Source: Acidobacteriota bacterium (lineage in GTDB: Bacteria > Acidobacteriota > Terriglobia > 2-12-FULL-54-10). Taken from it: DNA of 51,101 nt. Position numbers and translations under genes: made by a program. Location of the stretch: positions 1 through 51,101 of the forward strand of contig JACQGE010000177.1 of assembly GCA_016199675.1 (NCBI GenBank), read 5' to 3'. Under the pieces are notes generated by a model. It saw nothing but the letters and a program-made list of their open reading frames with translations, was not told the DNA's origin and searched no databases. The stretch's first letter is position 1. Every line of letters begins with the position of its first letter. Positions 36,492 to 47,687 of the stretch are shown here, piece by piece.

Positions 36492-37221
36492 GCCAATTCG
36501 AAACTTCCACAACATCAATGGATCTTTTCTTGCCGTCCGTCAGGGCACGACTTCAGTCGTGCCGAAAAAGGTCGAAAAAATAGGGGCTTTAGCCCCTGAG
36601 GTGAAAAGTGGTTTAACTTTTGCACGGTTTGCACGTATTTATGAAGTAACTTGTAGGAGCAGTGGTTGCATCCTGCTGCTTCTTGGAAGCGGACTGTTCT
36701 TATTGATCGGGTGTCGACAACAAATGGCCGATCAACCACGGCACAACCCGCTCAGCGCCAGTTCGTTTTTTGAAGATGGACTCTCGGCCCGCCCGTTGGT
36801 AGAAGGAACCGTGCCTTATGGCAGCCTGGACGAAGACTTTCTGAACCTTCCCGCCGACGCCAAGACCTTTCCCATTCCGGTAACGGAAGTATTGCTGAAC
36901 CGTGGCCGCGAGCGCTTCGATATTTTCTGCTCCGTTTGCCACGGTTTGCTCGGCGACGGCAATGGAATGATCCCACGGCGTGGTTTTCGCCATCCGCCCT
37001 CATACCATATTGACCGGTTGCGCAATGCTCCCGTGGGACATTTTTATGACGTCATTACCCATGGCTTTGGCGCAATGCCGGATTATGCCGGCCAGGTTCA
37101 ACCCCGTGACCGCTGGGCCATTATTGCCTATATTCGGGCGCTGCAACTTAGCCAGCACGCCTCTGTGAGCGAATTGCAGCCGGAGGATCGAGCGCGACTG
37201 GGAACGGGAGGCAGTCCATGA
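36478..37221 (+). CDS. actE: alternative complex III monoheme cytochrome c lipoprotein (start 36478 or 36601)
   Basis: Lipobox LIGC (Cys at 36712) then RQQMADQP, CSVCHG, G.MPDY, DRWAIIAYIRALQ. Confidence 0.88.
   Translation: MCHIKPIRNFHNINGSFLAVRQGTTSVVPKKVEKIGALAPEVKSGLTFARFARIYEVTCRSSGCILLLLGSGLFLLIGCRQQMADQPRHNPLSASSFFEDGLSARPLVEGTVPYGSLDEDFLNLPADAKTFPIPVTEVLLNRGRERFDIFCSVCHGLLGDGNGMIPRRGFRHPPSYHIDRLRNAPVGHFYDVITHGFGAMPDYAGQVQPRDRWAIIAYIRALQLSQHASVSELQPEDRARLGTGGSP
36540..36600. repeat. REP-like palindromic element (two hairpins in a closing stem)
   Basis: TCAGGG...CCCTGA closes GGCACGAC-TTCA-GTCGTGCC and GGGGCT-TT-AGCCCC, separated by A-tracts. Confidence 0.75.
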
Positions 37222-38387
37222 ACAAGGCAGCGGCTTATCTGCCGGGGTCGGAAATCCAGCGTGTGCAGTCGGGAGCCGTCTGGGTGGGCATCAGCGGTTT
37301 CAGTTTGTGTCTCTTGGGAGCGTATTGGAATCGTGTACAGTTCTTCCATTCCTACCTCTTTGCCTTTTTGTTCTGGACGGGGATTGCCCTGGGCTGCCTC
37401 GCCATTATGATGCTCCACCACCTTACAGCAGGAGCCTGGGGCATGGTCATCCGGCGATTGCTCGAGTCCGGTTCTAAGACCCTGGCTCTGATGGCCTTTC
37501 TGTTCGTTCCATTGATCTTCGGCTTGCGCTCGATTTATAGCTGGACTCAGCCCATCCAGTTGCCGTCGCAGCAATTGGAATATCTCAACATTCCCTTTTT
37601 TATCGCCCGGGCTGCGCTGTATTTCCTGATCTGGCTCTGGATCGTTTATCTGCTCGGCAGGTGGTCCCAGGAGCAGGAACGCGGTGAGGGAAGCCGCCTC
37701 CTGCGGAAAATGCGATTGCTCAGCGGGCCTGGATTGGTGCTTTATGGCTTGACCGCTTCTTTTGCCGCTATTGATTGGATCATGTCGCTGGAGCCGCACT
37801 GGTACTCGACCATCTTCGGTTTGCTAGTCATCGGAGGCCAGGTGCTATCGGCTATGGCGTTTGTAATTGTGGCCTTAGTTCTGCTGGCTGCGCGCCAACC
37901 CTTGGTGGGGATTGTGCAACCCCGTCACTTCCACGACTTGGGCAAACTGCTCTTGGCTTTCGTCATGATCTGGGCCTATCTGGCTTTTTCGCAATTGCTG
38001 ATTATCTGGTCCGGTAATCTGACCGAAGAAATTCCCTGGTATCTCCACCGCTGGCAAGGCGGCTGGCTCTGGATTGGCATTTTGCTGATCGTGTTCCACT
38101 TTGCCCTTCCGTTTTTCCTTTTACTCTCTCGGGACCTGAAGCGAAGCGGCAAGACGCTGGCCATTTTGGCCATGTTCTTGCTTCTGATGCGCGCTATGGA
38201 CCTGTTTTGGCTTGTCGTTCCTGGATTCTCTCCAGAGCGCTTTCGCATCCATTGGATGGACGTTGCCGCGTCCATCGGCGTCGGCGGGCTCTGGCTGGCT
38301 TTCTTTATCTGGCAGCTCAAGAAGAGATCGTTATTACCCGTCGGCGATCCTCAACTGCCTCCAGCCTTGGAAAGAACACATGAGTAG
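37218..38387 (+). CDS. actF: alternative complex III subunit F (NrfD-like membrane subunit)
   Basis: Multi-TM; DWIMSLEPHWYSTIFG, HDLGKLLLAF, YLAFSQLLIIWSGNLTEE. Confidence 0.92.
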   Translation: MNKAAAYLPGSEIQRVQSGAVWVGISGFSLCLLGAYWNRVQFFHSYLFAFLFWTGIALGCLAIMMLHHLTAGAWGMVIRRLLESGSKTLALMAFLFVPLIFGLRSIYSWTQPIQLPSQQLEYLNIPFFIARAALYFLIWLWIVYLLGRWSQEQERGEGSRLLRKMRLLSGPGLVLYGLTASFAAIDWIMSLEPHWYSTIFGLLVIGGQVLSAMAFVIVALVLLAARQPLVGIVQPRHFHDLGKLLLAFVMIWAYLAFSQLLIIWSGNLTEEIPWYLHRWQGGWLWIGILLIVFHFALPFFLLLSRDLKRSGKTLAILAMFLLLMRAMDLFWLVVPGFSPERFRIHWMDVAASIGVGGLWLAFFIWQLKKRSLLPVGDPQLPPALERTHE

Positions 38388-38904
38388 CGATTTCGATTTA
38401 CGGCGAAAGACCGGGGAGGAATCCGAACTGGCTAACTCTTCTGTGCGTTACGAATCCGAGGACGTACGCGCGGGTACAATTCTGAAATACTTGGTGGCTT
38501 TGCTTCTAACCGTTTTTGCTGCGCAGCTTATAGCTTGGGCTGTTTATCGGGGTTTTGCTTCTTCGCAAGCCAAGGAAGCGCCACCTCTCTCCCTATTGCG
38601 CCGGAATGTCAGAAGAATATTTCCTCCGGAGCCTCGCTTGCAAGGATCGCCCGGAAACGAGACTCCCGCTCAGGAAGCACTTCGGCAGATGCGCGAGGAG
38701 GCCGAAGCCAGGCTCAACAGTTACGGATGGGTGGATGAAAAAGCTGGGATTGCTAGAGTCCCGATCCGCGAGGCCATGAGGTTGCTGGCCGGAAAAGGCC
38801 TCGGCCCAGCAGCAAACGAAAAAGCAGCGGAGGCATCAAGGAAACCGGTTCGCTCGCTCGGCTCAGTTCGCTCCGCAAATGCGGACGTTCGGGAAACGCC
38901 GTAA
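38380..38904 (+). CDS. actG: alternative complex III subunit G-like single-TM protein
   Basis: YESEDV + TM + PPEPRLQ...LNSYGWVDEKAGIARVPIREAM; lies between actF and sco. Confidence 0.72.
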   Translation: MSSDFDLRRKTGEESELANSSVRYESEDVRAGTILKYLVALLLTVFAAQLIAWAVYRGFASSQAKEAPPLSLLRRNVRRIFPPEPRLQGSPGNETPAQEALRQMREEAEARLNSYGWVDEKAGIARVPIREAMRLLAGKGLGPAANEKAAEASRKPVRSLGSVRSANADVRETP

Positions 38905-38927
38905 TAGCGGGAAAGGAGACGCACCTG

Positions 38928-39845
38928 ATGAAAATTTACAGGCTCGACGAAGAATTTTGTTCTCAAACATCGGTCGGTTCCGCCGCCCTCGGAATGTTCA
39001 GAATTTTGTTGGCTAGGGCATTGGCCCTAGCCTTGGCATTCGCCCTGATTCTTGCTGTGATCCTTGCCCTGGCCGGTCTCGCCTCTGCTGAAACTCCTGA
39101 TCCGGGAGGGCTTCCACCGCTGTTGCGCCAAGTCGAATTTGCGCCTCCGCTCAGCGCTCCGGTTCCGCTCGACTTGCCGTTTCGGGACGAGAACGGCCGT
39201 TCTGTGCAATTGCGCGATTACGTCGCGGCCAAGCCGGTCATCCTGGCGCTGGTGTACTACGACTGCTCCATGCTGTGCAATCAGGTGTTGGAAGGTCTCG
39301 CCAGCAGCCTTCGCGTCTTATCGTTTGATCGAGGCGCGCCGTTCGAGGTTGTGGCCGTTAGCTTTGATCCACAAGAGACTCCGGCGATGGCGCTGGAGAA
39401 AAAAGAGGATTTACTGCGGCATCATCCCACTGGGACTGATTCAGAATGGCATTTTCTGACGGGCGAGGAGTCCTCGATTCAAGCTCTCACCGAGGCAGCC
39501 GGTTTTCGTTACGCCTACGATCCAAAGACCAAATTATTTGCGCACGCGAGCGGCGTTCTCATTCTCACGCCGGAAGGCAGGATTTCCCGTTTCCTGTCCG
39601 GATTTGAATATGCCCCACGCGATCTGCGGCTGGCTCTGGTCGAGGCTTCAGAAGATGAAATCGGTACGCTGGCGGATCGCCTGCTGCTTTTCTGCTACCA
39701 ATATGATCCGGCGACCGGCAAGTACGGCGCAGCGGTCATGCGCCTGGTGCGCTGGGGCGGCGTCCTCACAATCCTAGGTTTGGTGATCTCCATCGCTCTC
39801 TTTCGGCGGCGAGAGAGACAGGTTGCATCTCCGATTTCGACTTGA
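38928..39845 (+). CDS. SCO1/SenC family copper chaperone
   Basis: CSMLC (CxxxC), VSFDP, WHFLTG, FAHASG, C-terminal TM; SD AAAGGAG. Confidence 0.9.
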   Translation: MKIYRLDEEFCSQTSVGSAALGMFRILLARALALALAFALILAVILALAGLASAETPDPGGLPPLLRQVEFAPPLSAPVPLDLPFRDENGRSVQLRDYVAAKPVILALVYYDCSMLCNQVLEGLASSLRVLSFDRGAPFEVVAVSFDPQETPAMALEKKEDLLRHHPTGTDSEWHFLTGEESSIQALTEAAGFRYAYDPKTKLFAHASGVLILTPEGRISRFLSGFEYAPRDLRLALVEASEDEIGTLADRLLLFCYQYDPATGKYGAAVMRLVRWGGVLTILGLVISIALFRRRERQVASPIST

Positions 39846-39854
39846 GGAAACGTT

Positions 39855-40829
39855 GTGTTAACCCGATTGCCATTATTTCCGGAAAGCGCCTCCACCATGG
39901 CTGGCCGAGTGGACGCGCTGTTCTTCTTTCTGCTGGGGTTTTCCGTGCTCTTAAGCCTGCTCATTTTCATCCTGATCATCGGTTTTTCCATCAAGTACCG
40001 AAGGCGAGCCTCGAACGAAATCGGAGCGTCCATCGGCGGTTCGCTTCGTCTGGAAACGCTCTGGATCGTGATTCCCTTCCTCTTGTCCATGGTCATGTTC
40101 GCATGGGGAGCCGATCTTTATATTTCCATTCGGCAGCCGCCCCCGCAGGCTTTGGAAATCTTCGTCGTCGCCAAGCAGTGGATGTGGAAGCTCCAGCATC
40201 CCGAGGGTCAAATGGAGATCAACGAGCTTCACGTCCCCCTCGGCCGGGATATCCAATTGACGATGACGAGCGAGGATGTGATTCACGACTTCTTTGTCCC
40301 CGCTTTTCGCGTGAAAGCCGACGTGCTTCCCGGGCGGTACACCACCATCTGGTTCCATGCAACCAAGCCAGGGCGCTACCACCTGTTCTGCGCGCAGTAT
40401 TGCGGAACGAACCACGCCCAAATGGGCGGCTGGGTGGAGGTGATGGAGCCCGCCGCTTTTGAATTCTGGCTCGCCGGCGGAACCGCCGAGGAATCCATGG
40501 CCGAGGCCGGGGCGAGGCTGTTTCAGCAGTTTGCCTGCGCCAACTGCCACCGCCCTTCGGGGCAAGGCCGGGGGCCTTCCCTGGTGGGACTCTACGGTTC
40601 CCAGGTGCGTCTGCAAGAGGGGGAAACGGTCTTGGTCGACAACGATTATCTGCGTGAATCCATTCTGACTCCCCGAGCTAAAATCGCCGCCGGCTATGAG
40701 CCGGTCATGCCGGTATTTCAGGGACTGGTGAACGAGCAGCAGGTTTTGCAGTTGATCGCCTACATCAAATCCCTAGCGTCTCCTCCGCCGGTTGCGGAAC
40801 AACAGAGGAGCGAACTGCCGAGCCAGTGA
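39855..40829 (+). CDS. coxB: cytochrome c oxidase subunit II with fused cytochrome c (caa3 type)
   Basis: Two TM helices, KQWMW, DVIHDF, CuA motif CAQYCGTNHAQM, C-terminal CANCH...MP. Confidence 0.95.
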   Translation: MLTRLPLFPESASTMAGRVDALFFFLLGFSVLLSLLIFILIIGFSIKYRRRASNEIGASIGGSLRLETLWIVIPFLLSMVMFAWGADLYISIRQPPPQALEIFVVAKQWMWKLQHPEGQMEINELHVPLGRDIQLTMTSEDVIHDFFVPAFRVKADVLPGRYTTIWFHATKPGRYHLFCAQYCGTNHAQMGGWVEVMEPAAFEFWLAGGTAEESMAEAGARLFQQFACANCHRPSGQGRGPSLVGLYGSQVRLQEGETVLVDNDYLRESILTPRAKIAAGYEPVMPVFQGLVNEQQVLQLIAYIKSLASPPPVAEQQRSELPSQ

Positions 40830-40844
40830 GGTCAGAGACCGAAA

Positions 40845-42524
40845 ATGAGCACTGCCCCCACCGCTGAAGTCGTCCGCCGCGAGGAGAATTATCTCAACGT
40901 CAGTTACGGCATTAGGTCCTGGCTGCTGACCACAGATCACAAACGCATCGCCCTGCTCTATCTCGCTTCGGTCACTGTATTTTTCTTCCTGGGCGGAGTC
41001 TTTGCAGTCCTGATCCGCCTGAACCTCTTCACGCCCACGGGCGATCTGGTTTCCGCCGCGACCTACAACAAGCTGTTCACCATGCACGGCGTGGTCATGA
41101 TCTTTTTCTTCCTGATCCCTTCCATTCCCGCCGTCCTCGGAAATTTTCTGATTCCCCTGATGATTGGCGCCAAGGACCTGGCCTTTCCGCGTCTGAATCT
41201 GGCAAGTTGGTACCTTTTCAATATGGGCGGGCTGATCGTTTTGTACTCTATCCTCAGCGGCGGAATAGATACCGGCTGGACCTTCTACACGCCCTTCAGC
41301 AGCGTCTATTCCAACACGCACGTGGTCAGCACCATCTTCGGAATCTTTATCGCGGGATTTTCCTCGATCCTGACCGGCCTGAATTTTATCGTCACGATTC
41401 ACACCATGCGCGCCCCTGGCATGACGTGGTTCCGCCTGCCCTTGTTCGTGTGGACGCACTATGCCACCAGCCTGATCTTCGTCCTGGGGACTCCGGTCAT
41501 AGCGATCACGCTGGCTCTAGTGGCTGCCGAACGCCTTTTCCACCTCGGCATTTTCAATCCGGCGCTGGGCGGCGACCCGCTGTTGTTCCAGCACCTATTT
41601 TGGTTCTATTCCCATCCAGCGGTTTACATCATGGTTCTGCCTGCCATGGGAGTCACCACGGAACTGATTACGACCTTTGCGCGGAAGAAACTTTTCGGTT
41701 ATTCCTTCGTTGCCGCCGCCAGCCTGGCGATTGCCGTAATCGGCTTCCTGGTATGGGGACATCATATGTTCGTGGCGGGCCAATCGGCCTATGCCGCGAT
41801 GATCTTCTCCCTGCTCAGCTATCTGGTGGCGATTCCTTCCGCCGTCAAAGTGTTCAACTGGACGGCCACTCTTTACAAGGGTTCGGTTTCCTGGGCGACG
41901 CCGATGCTGTACGGGCTGGGATTCATCGGTTTGTTTGTCATGGGAGGCTTGACGGGTTTGTTCCTGGCGGCGCTAGGAGTGGACGTGCATGTGCACGATA
42001 CCTATTTCGTTGTCGCGCATTTTCACTACATCATGGTTGGCGGCGCGGTCATGGGCTATCTCGGCGGGTTGCACTACTGGTGGCCCAAAATCAGCGGGCG
42101 GCTGTATCCCGAAGCGCTGGCCCGATTCGCTGCTATCGTGCTTTTCATCGGTTTCAACCTGACCTTCTTTCCGCAGTTCATCCTGGGATACCTTGGGATG
42201 CCTCGCCGCTACCACGCCTATCCGCCCGAGTTTCAGGTGCTGAACGTGCTGTCCACGGCGGGCGCTTCGATCCTGGCAATCGGGTATCTGCTGCCGATGG
42301 CTTATTTCATTTGGTCCATGCGCTATGGCCCGGCCGCTGGGCCGAACCCCTGGCCTGCAACGGGTCTGGAATGGCTGACTCCTTCGCCGCCGCCGCCCCA
42401 TAACTTCGACGAGACTCCCACGGTTACGTGGGAGCCTTACGATTTTCCGAACCGGCCCGATTTGAAATATCCGTCGCCGGTTGTAGCCGTCCGCCAACTC
42501 GGGCCGACGCCGCAGGAGGAATGA
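40845..42524 (+). CDS. coxA: cytochrome c oxidase subunit I, A2 subtype
   Basis: [21 protein letters not shown] (YS motif of A2 enzymes), [24 protein letters not shown]. Confidence 0.97.
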   Translation: MSTAPTAEVVRREENYLNVSYGIRSWLLTTDHKRIALLYLASVTVFFFLGGVFAVLIRLNLFTPTGDLVSAATYNKLFTMHGVVMIFFFLIPSIPAVLGNFLIPLMIGAKDLAFPRLNLASWYLFNMGGLIVLYSILSGGIDTGWTFYTPFSSVYSNTHVVSTIFGIFIAGFSSILTGLNFIVTIHTMRAPGMTWFRLPLFVWTHYATSLIFVLGTPVIAITLALVAAERLFHLGIFNPALGGDPLLFQHLFWFYSHPAVYIMVLPAMGVTTELITTFARKKLFGYSFVAAASLAIAVIGFLVWGHHMFVAGQSAYAAMIFSLLSYLVAIPSAVKVFNWTATLYKGSVSWATPMLYGLGFIGLFVMGGLTGLFLAALGVDVHVHDTYFVVAHFHYIMVGGAVMGYLGGLHYWWPKISGRLYPEALARFAAIVLFIGFNLTFFPQFILGYLGMPRRYHAYPPEFQVLNVLSTAGASILAIGYLLPMAYFIWSMRYGPAAGPNPWPATGLEWLTPSPPPPHNFDETPTVTWEPYDFPNRPDLKYPSPVVAVRQLGPTPQEE

Positions 42525-42527
42525 ATC

Positions 42528-43175
42528 GTGTCCGAGGCCCATTCCGCCCTTGCCGAACAGTTCCGGGACCTGGAGCAGCAGCGGGAAGTTGCTTCGTTGG
42601 GGATGTGGGTTTTTCTGGTAACGGAAATCATGTTTTTCGGCGGCCTGTTCCTGGCCTACGCTGTCGCTCGTTTCCTGCATCCGGAGGCTTTTGCGGAGGC
42701 CAGCCATCACCTGAACGTGGCCCTGGGCGGCATCAATACCGCCGTGCTCATCGCGAGCAGCTTGACCATGGCGCTGGCGGTCCATGCCGCGCAGGTAGGC
42801 CAGCGGAGAGCGCTAATGGGATTCCTCACGCTGACCGCTGCCCTCGGCTGTGTGTTCTTGCTGATTAAAGGAATCGAGTACGCTGACAAGTTCCAGCACC
42901 ATCTGGTGCCCGGGAGCGCGTTCTCTTTCGCAGGTCCTGAGGCTCGACCGGCGGAACTGTTCTTCTCGCTCTACTTTGCCATGACCGGATTGCACGCACT
43001 GCACATGGTGATTGGCGTCGGCGTAGTCGTGGTCTTGCTGGTGCGCGCCTGGAAGGGAAGGTATTCGGTCCAGTATCATATTCCCATCGAGGTGGCGGGA
43101 CTCTATTGGCATTTTGTGGACATCATCTGGATTTTTCTGTTTCCATTGTTGTATTTGATTGATATACACCACTAG
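42528..43175 (+). CDS. coxC: cytochrome c oxidase subunit III
   Basis: [43 protein letters not shown]. Confidence 0.95.
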   Translation: MSEAHSALAEQFRDLEQQREVASLGMWVFLVTEIMFFGGLFLAYAVARFLHPEAFAEASHHLNVALGGINTAVLIASSLTMALAVHAAQVGQRRALMGFLTLTAALGCVFLLIKGIEYADKFQHHLVPGSAFSFAGPEARPAELFFSLYFAMTGLHALHMVIGVGVVVVLLVRAWKGRYSVQYHIPIEVAGLYWHFVDIIWIFLFPLLYLIDIHH

Positions 43176-43197
43176 GAGGTTTGCCCACCTCTATTCC

Positions 43198-43298
43198 GCT
43201 GTCATTCCGAGCGAAGCGAGGAACCTGCTCGTTGAAACCATGAGGCAAAGAAACACGACGAGCAGGTCCCTCGTCGCTTCACTCCTCGGGATGACAGC
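43198..43298. repeat. TGTC/CGTC-type long palindromic repeat element
   Basis: GCTGTCATTCCGAG (43198-43211) pairs with CTCGGGATGACAGC (43285-43298); inner arms CGAGGAACCTGCTCGT / ACGAGCAGGTCCCTCG. Confidence 0.8.
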
Positions 43299-43321
43299 AA
43301 GGGGCAATAGCGAAGGAAACC

Positions 43322-43597
43322 ATGCCGGAACACATTGTTTCCCGCAAACTTTATTTTTTGATCTGCGGTATCTTGCTTTCGTTGACGTTGTTGACCTGGG
43401 GGGTGGCGCTGATCAACCTGGGCCGCTGGAACATCGTGCTGGCGCTGGCCATTGCGTTCTCGAAGGCTACGCTGGTGGCCCTCTTCTTTATGCATTTGCG
43501 TTACAGCCCCCGTCGCACGCAATTAACGCTGGTGGCTGGCTTGTTTTGGTTGGGAATCTTATTGCTATTGACGATGAGCGATTATCTGACTCGTTAG
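43322..43597 (+). CDS. ctaF: cytochrome c oxidase subunit IV (CtaF/CoxD family)
   Basis: Three TM helices, [21 protein letters not shown]-terminal DYLTR. Confidence 0.9.
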   Translation: MPEHIVSRKLYFLICGILLSLTLLTWGVALINLGRWNIVLALAIAFSKATLVALFFMHLRYSPRRTQLTLVAGLFWLGILLLLTMSDYLTR

Positions 43598-43611
43598 GAA
43601 AGGTAAAGCGA

Positions 43612-45804
43612 ATGAAGATTCGACTAGGCAATCCGTATCCGCTGGGTGCGACGTGGGACGGCGCGGGGGTGAACTTTGCGATTTTTTCCGAACATGCGAC
43701 AAGAGTGGGATTGTGCCTCTTCGATTTCCCGGACGCGGAGCACGAGTCGGCGCGAATTGCGCTGCCCGAGCAGACCGATTTAGTGTGGCATGGCTATCTG
43801 CCGGGAATTCTGCCGGGACAACTCTACGGGTATCGCGTTCACGGGCCTTACGAGCCTTCCGCGGGACACCGCTTCAACCCGAATAAGGTCGTCCTGGATC
43901 CTTACGCCAAGGGCATAGGGCGGGCGACGCAATGGTCGGAGGAAATGTTCGGTTACCGAATCGGAGACCCAGAGGAAGATTTGTCTCTGGACGAACGGGA
44001 CAACGCCGCCTATGCCCCTTTGGCCGTGGTAGTGGACTCCGCTTTTACCTGGGGGGATGACCGTCCTCCGCGAACTCCGTGGCACAAGACCGTCATTTAC
44101 GAACTGCATGTCAAAAGCTTCACCAAGCTGCATCCGAATGTCCCGGAAGAAGCTCGAGGGGCTTACGCCGGCCTGACTTCCGAAGAGCCCATCCGACACT
44201 TGAAAGAACTGGGAGTGACGGCGGTGGAACTCCTGCCGGTGCACCATCATGTTAACGATCACCCTCTGGTCCAACGGGGGCTGAGCAACTATTGGGGATA
44301 TAACACGCTGGCGTTCTTCGCCCCGGATATGCGCTATGCGGTGTCCTCGGTTCCCAGCAGTTCCGTGCGGGAATTCAAAACCATGGTTCGGAATCTTCAT
44401 CTCGCCGGACTCGAGGTGATTCTGGACGTCGTTTACAATCACACGGCGGAAGGAAACCAGTTGGGCCCTACGCTTTCCCTGCGGGGCATTGACAACGCTT
44501 CCTACTACCGGCTCGTGCAGGAAAATCCTCGCTATTATATGGATTACACGGGCTGCGGCAATACCCTGAACATGCGCCATCCACGGGTCCTGCAGCTCAT
44601 CATGGACAGCCTTCGCTACTGGGTTCTCGAAATGCATGTGGACGGTTTCCGCTTCGATCTAGCCAGCGCGCTGGCCAGAGAACTCCATGAGGTCGACAAA
44701 CTGGGCGCTTTCTTTGACATCATCCACCAAGACCCGGTGCTCTCCCAGGTGAAGTTGATTGCCGAACCGTGGGACTTGGGAGAAGGCGGCTACCAGGTCG
44801 GGAATTTCCCGGCAGGGTGGACGGAATGGAATGGCCGCTATCGCGATACGGTGCGCCGTTTCTGGAAGGGGGATGGTGGAGTCGTCTCGGAATTGGCATC
44901 CCGGCTGGCCGGAAGCAGCGACCTCTACGAACAGAGCGGGAGGCGGCCCTATGCCAGCATCAACTTCATCACCTCCCACGATGGCTTCACGCTCCACGAT
45001 CTCGTCAGTTACAATGAAAAGCACAACGAGGCCAACGGTGAAAATAACCAAGACGGTGAAAATAATAATCTGAGCTGGAACTGCGGCGTGGAAGGGCCTA
45101 CAGAGGATCCCGCCATCCTGAGCTTGCGGGAAACACAAAAAAGAAATTTCATCGCTACCCTAATGTTGTCGCAAGGAGTCCCGATGATCAACGGCGGCGA
45201 TGAAGCGGGCCGCACGCAAGGGGGGAACAACAATGTCTACTGCCAAGACAACGAGACCAGTTGGTTCCACTGGGATTTGACGCCCGCCCAAAAAGATTTG
45301 CTGGCGTTCACTCGTACTTTAATCCGCTTTCGCCTGGAACAGCCTGCCCTGCGAAGGCGAAAGTTTTTCCAGGGGCGGAGGATTCGCGGGGCGGACGTCA
45401 AGGACCTTGCCTGGTTCAAGCCGAATGGCAAAGAGATGGACGATAACGACTGGAACGCTCCCTTCGCGCGCACCCTGGGCATGCTCGTGAGCGGGGCGGA
45501 AACCGACGAATTGGACGAGAAAGGAAATCCGATCCTCGGAGATACTCTTTTCCTGATGTTCAACGCCCATCATCGAACGATACGGTTTGTTTTTCCCACC
45601 CTAAAATCGGAGGAGCGCTGGCAGAGGATCATAGACACGGCGGATTCTGGGTGGGGACAGCATTTTGTGCAGAAACCTCAATCCTACAGGCTGCGGGGGC
45701 GTTCGGTGGCCGTCTTTCGGCTGATGACCCAAAAACGAAAACATGAACTCGGACGCCAGAAACCGGAGAGCCCCGTCTCCGATAAAACCATCGAGGAGCC
45801 ATGA
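43612..45804 (+). CDS. glgX: glycogen debranching enzyme GlgX/TreX (GH13)
   Basis: [51 protein letters not shown]. Real start is ATG 43612. Confidence 0.96.
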   Translation: MKIRLGNPYPLGATWDGAGVNFAIFSEHATRVGLCLFDFPDAEHESARIALPEQTDLVWHGYLPGILPGQLYGYRVHGPYEPSAGHRFNPNKVVLDPYAKGIGRATQWSEEMFGYRIGDPEEDLSLDERDNAAYAPLAVVVDSAFTWGDDRPPRTPWHKTVIYELHVKSFTKLHPNVPEEARGAYAGLTSEEPIRHLKELGVTAVELLPVHHHVNDHPLVQRGLSNYWGYNTLAFFAPDMRYAVSSVPSSSVREFKTMVRNLHLAGLEVILDVVYNHTAEGNQLGPTLSLRGIDNASYYRLVQENPRYYMDYTGCGNTLNMRHPRVLQLIMDSLRYWVLEMHVDGFRFDLASALARELHEVDKLGAFFDIIHQDPVLSQVKLIAEPWDLGEGGYQVGNFPAGWTEWNGRYRDTVRRFWKGDGGVVSELASRLAGSSDLYEQSGRRPYASINFITSHDGFTLHDLVSYNEKHNEANGENNQDGENNNLSWNCGVEGPTEDPAILSLRETQKRNFIATLMLSQGVPMINGGDEAGRTQGGNNNVYCQDNETSWFHWDLTPAQKDLLAFTRTLIRFRLEQPALRRRKFFQGRRIRGADVKDLAWFKPNGKEMDDNDWNAPFARTLGMLVSGAETDELDEKGNPILGDTLFLMFNAHHRTIRFVFPTLKSEERWQRIIDTADSGWGQHFVQKPQSYRLRGRSVAVFRLMTQKRKHELGRQKPESPVSDKTIEEP

Positions 45805-47681
45805 ATATAGCGTGGCAGCCTTCCTTGGGAGCCTGGCGGCAAGGCAATCTCACGCACTTCCGCGTTTGGGCGCCGGAGGTCAGGCAAATCGAAGTCGTGC
45901 TGGAGCCAGAGCTAGATAAGACCCCGACATTTGCGCTCCATAAATCTTCGGACGGTTACTTTCAAGGAACGATTGACGAAGTTGCGTCCGGCGCTCTTTA
46001 TTGGTATCAGATAGATGGCCAGGGGCTCTATCCAGACTCCGCTTCCCGGTTCCAGCCCCAAGGTGTGCACGGCCCCTCTCAAGTGATTGATCCAGCCGAG
46101 TTCGCCTGGACTGATGGAGAATGGAAAGGAGTCGGCCTGGAGGACCTGATTCTATATGAACTGCACGTGGGAACATTCACTCCGGCGGGCACTTTCGCCG
46201 CCGCTGCGGAACGCCTTCCCCTGTTGCGCCAACTGGGAGTCACTGCCGTGGAACTGATGCCGGTGGCGGATTTCGCCGGAGACCGCAATTGGGGTTACGA
46301 CGGAGCCGCGTTATTTGCTCCGGCGCGATGCTATGGCACTCCCGATGACCTCCGACGATTTGTCGATTGCGCGCACCAGTTCGGCTTGGCGGTCCACCTG
46401 GATGTGGTCTACAACCACTTTGGTCCCGACGGCGCCTACGCGGGCGTCTTCAGCCCCTACTATTTTTCCTCGAAACACAAAAGCCCCTGGGGCGCTGCCA
46501 TCAATTTCGATGGTGCGCACAGTGCGCAAGTACGCAACTTCTTTCTCGAAAACGCCCTCCACTGGATTCACGAATACCATGTGGACGGCTTGCGCCTGGA
46601 TGCCACCCACGCGATCATTGACGAAAGCCCGCGCCATTTTCTGGCGGAACTTTCTGGGGCCGTTCGGAAATCTTTGGAAGGCTTCCATCGGAGTGTCCTG
46701 GTGATTGCCGAGGATGTGAGGAACCTGGCGAGGATGGTTAAGCCAGAAGTGGAAAAGGGTTGGGGGTTAGATGGAGTGTGGTCCGACGATTTTCACCACC
46801 AGATGCGGAGATGCCTAGCGGGCGATCAAGACGGTTATTACCAAGACTTCGAAGGAACGATGGAGGACATCGTCCAAACGGCGAGACGAGGATGGTTCTA
46901 TAGCGGCCAATATGCCCGATTTTTCGGCCAGCTGCGCGGGACTGATTCCGCAGAGATTCCACCTTCCCGATTCGTCTTCTTTTTGCAAAATCATGACCAA
47001 GTTGGGAACCGCGCTTTTGGCGACCGATTACACCATCAGATCGATTTGGCGGTTTATCGAGCAGCCACGACGCTCCTGTTGCTATTGCCTCACCCCCCCC
47101 TGCTATTCATGGGACAGGAATGGGCGGCCAGCACGCCGTTCCAATATTTCACAAACCATCATCCCGAACTCGGCAAGCTGGTGAAGGAAGGAAGGCGAAA
47201 TGAGTTTAGTGGTTTTGCGGTCTTCGCCGATCCGAAAAGCCGCGAGCGAATTCCGGACCCGCAAGAGATGGAAACGTTTGAGGCAAGCCGTCTGAAGTGG
47301 GAGGAACGGGAAGCGGAGCCGCATCATTCGACATTGCGGTTCTATACGCGGCTTCTGGCTCTGCGCCTCAGAGAACCTGCCTTGCGCGCGAGGGGAAGAG
47401 AAAACTTCGAAATCGAGGCCTTGAATGACAGCGTGCTGGTCATTCGCCGACATGCAACATCAGTTCCCACGCTGCTGGGCGTGATTCGGCTTCGTGGGGC
47501 AGGACGAGACAGCCTGCGGAAAAATCCTTACGCGGATGCCAGTGGCCAGTGGGAACTTTTGCTGACGACCGAGGATCGTCCTTTCACGCCCGATCCCGCG
47601 CCTCCGCTCATTGAACTCTCCGGGCCGGTGATTGATTTTGCCAGGCCGGGGGCGGTGATTTTTAAAAGCAGTGATCGGTGA
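45801..47681 (+). CDS. treZ: malto-oligosyltrehalose trehalohydrolase
   Basis: [46 protein letters not shown]. Confidence 0.95.
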   Translation: MNIAWQPSLGAWRQGNLTHFRVWAPEVRQIEVVLEPELDKTPTFALHKSSDGYFQGTIDEVASGALYWYQIDGQGLYPDSASRFQPQGVHGPSQVIDPAEFAWTDGEWKGVGLEDLILYELHVGTFTPAGTFAAAAERLPLLRQLGVTAVELMPVADFAGDRNWGYDGAALFAPARCYGTPDDLRRFVDCAHQFGLAVHLDVVYNHFGPDGAYAGVFSPYYFSSKHKSPWGAAINFDGAHSAQVRNFFLENALHWIHEYHVDGLRLDATHAIIDESPRHFLAELSGAVRKSLEGFHRSVLVIAEDVRNLARMVKPEVEKGWGLDGVWSDDFHHQMRRCLAGDQDGYYQDFEGTMEDIVQTARRGWFYSGQYARFFGQLRGTDSAEIPPSRFVFFLQNHDQVGNRAFGDRLHHQIDLAVYRAATTLLLLLPHPPLLFMGQEWAASTPFQYFTNHHPELGKLVKEGRRNEFSGFAVFADPKSRERIPDPQEMETFEASRLKWEEREAEPHHSTLRFYTRLLALRLREPALRARGRENFEIEALNDSVLVIRRHATSVPTLLGVIRLRGAGRDSLRKNPYADASGQWELLLTTEDRPFTPDPAPPLIELSGPVIDFARPGAVIFKSSDR

Positions 47682-47687
47682 AAACTG

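Noticed and set aside
36609-36624. TGGTTTAACTTTTGCA, possible internal sigma54 promoter
   Set aside because: GG-N10-GC spacing is right but the -24 element is poor and it lies in the actE reading frame.
41207-42403. 398-aa same-strand ORF inside coxA
   Set aside because: Alternate frame of a GC3-rich gene; Arg/Pro/Gly-rich with no motifs.
43159-43611. 151-aa N-terminal extension of GlgX in the ORF track (881 aa)
   Set aside because: It translates the palindromic repeat and an alternate frame of ctaF. GlgX homology begins at [12 protein letters not shown] (43612).
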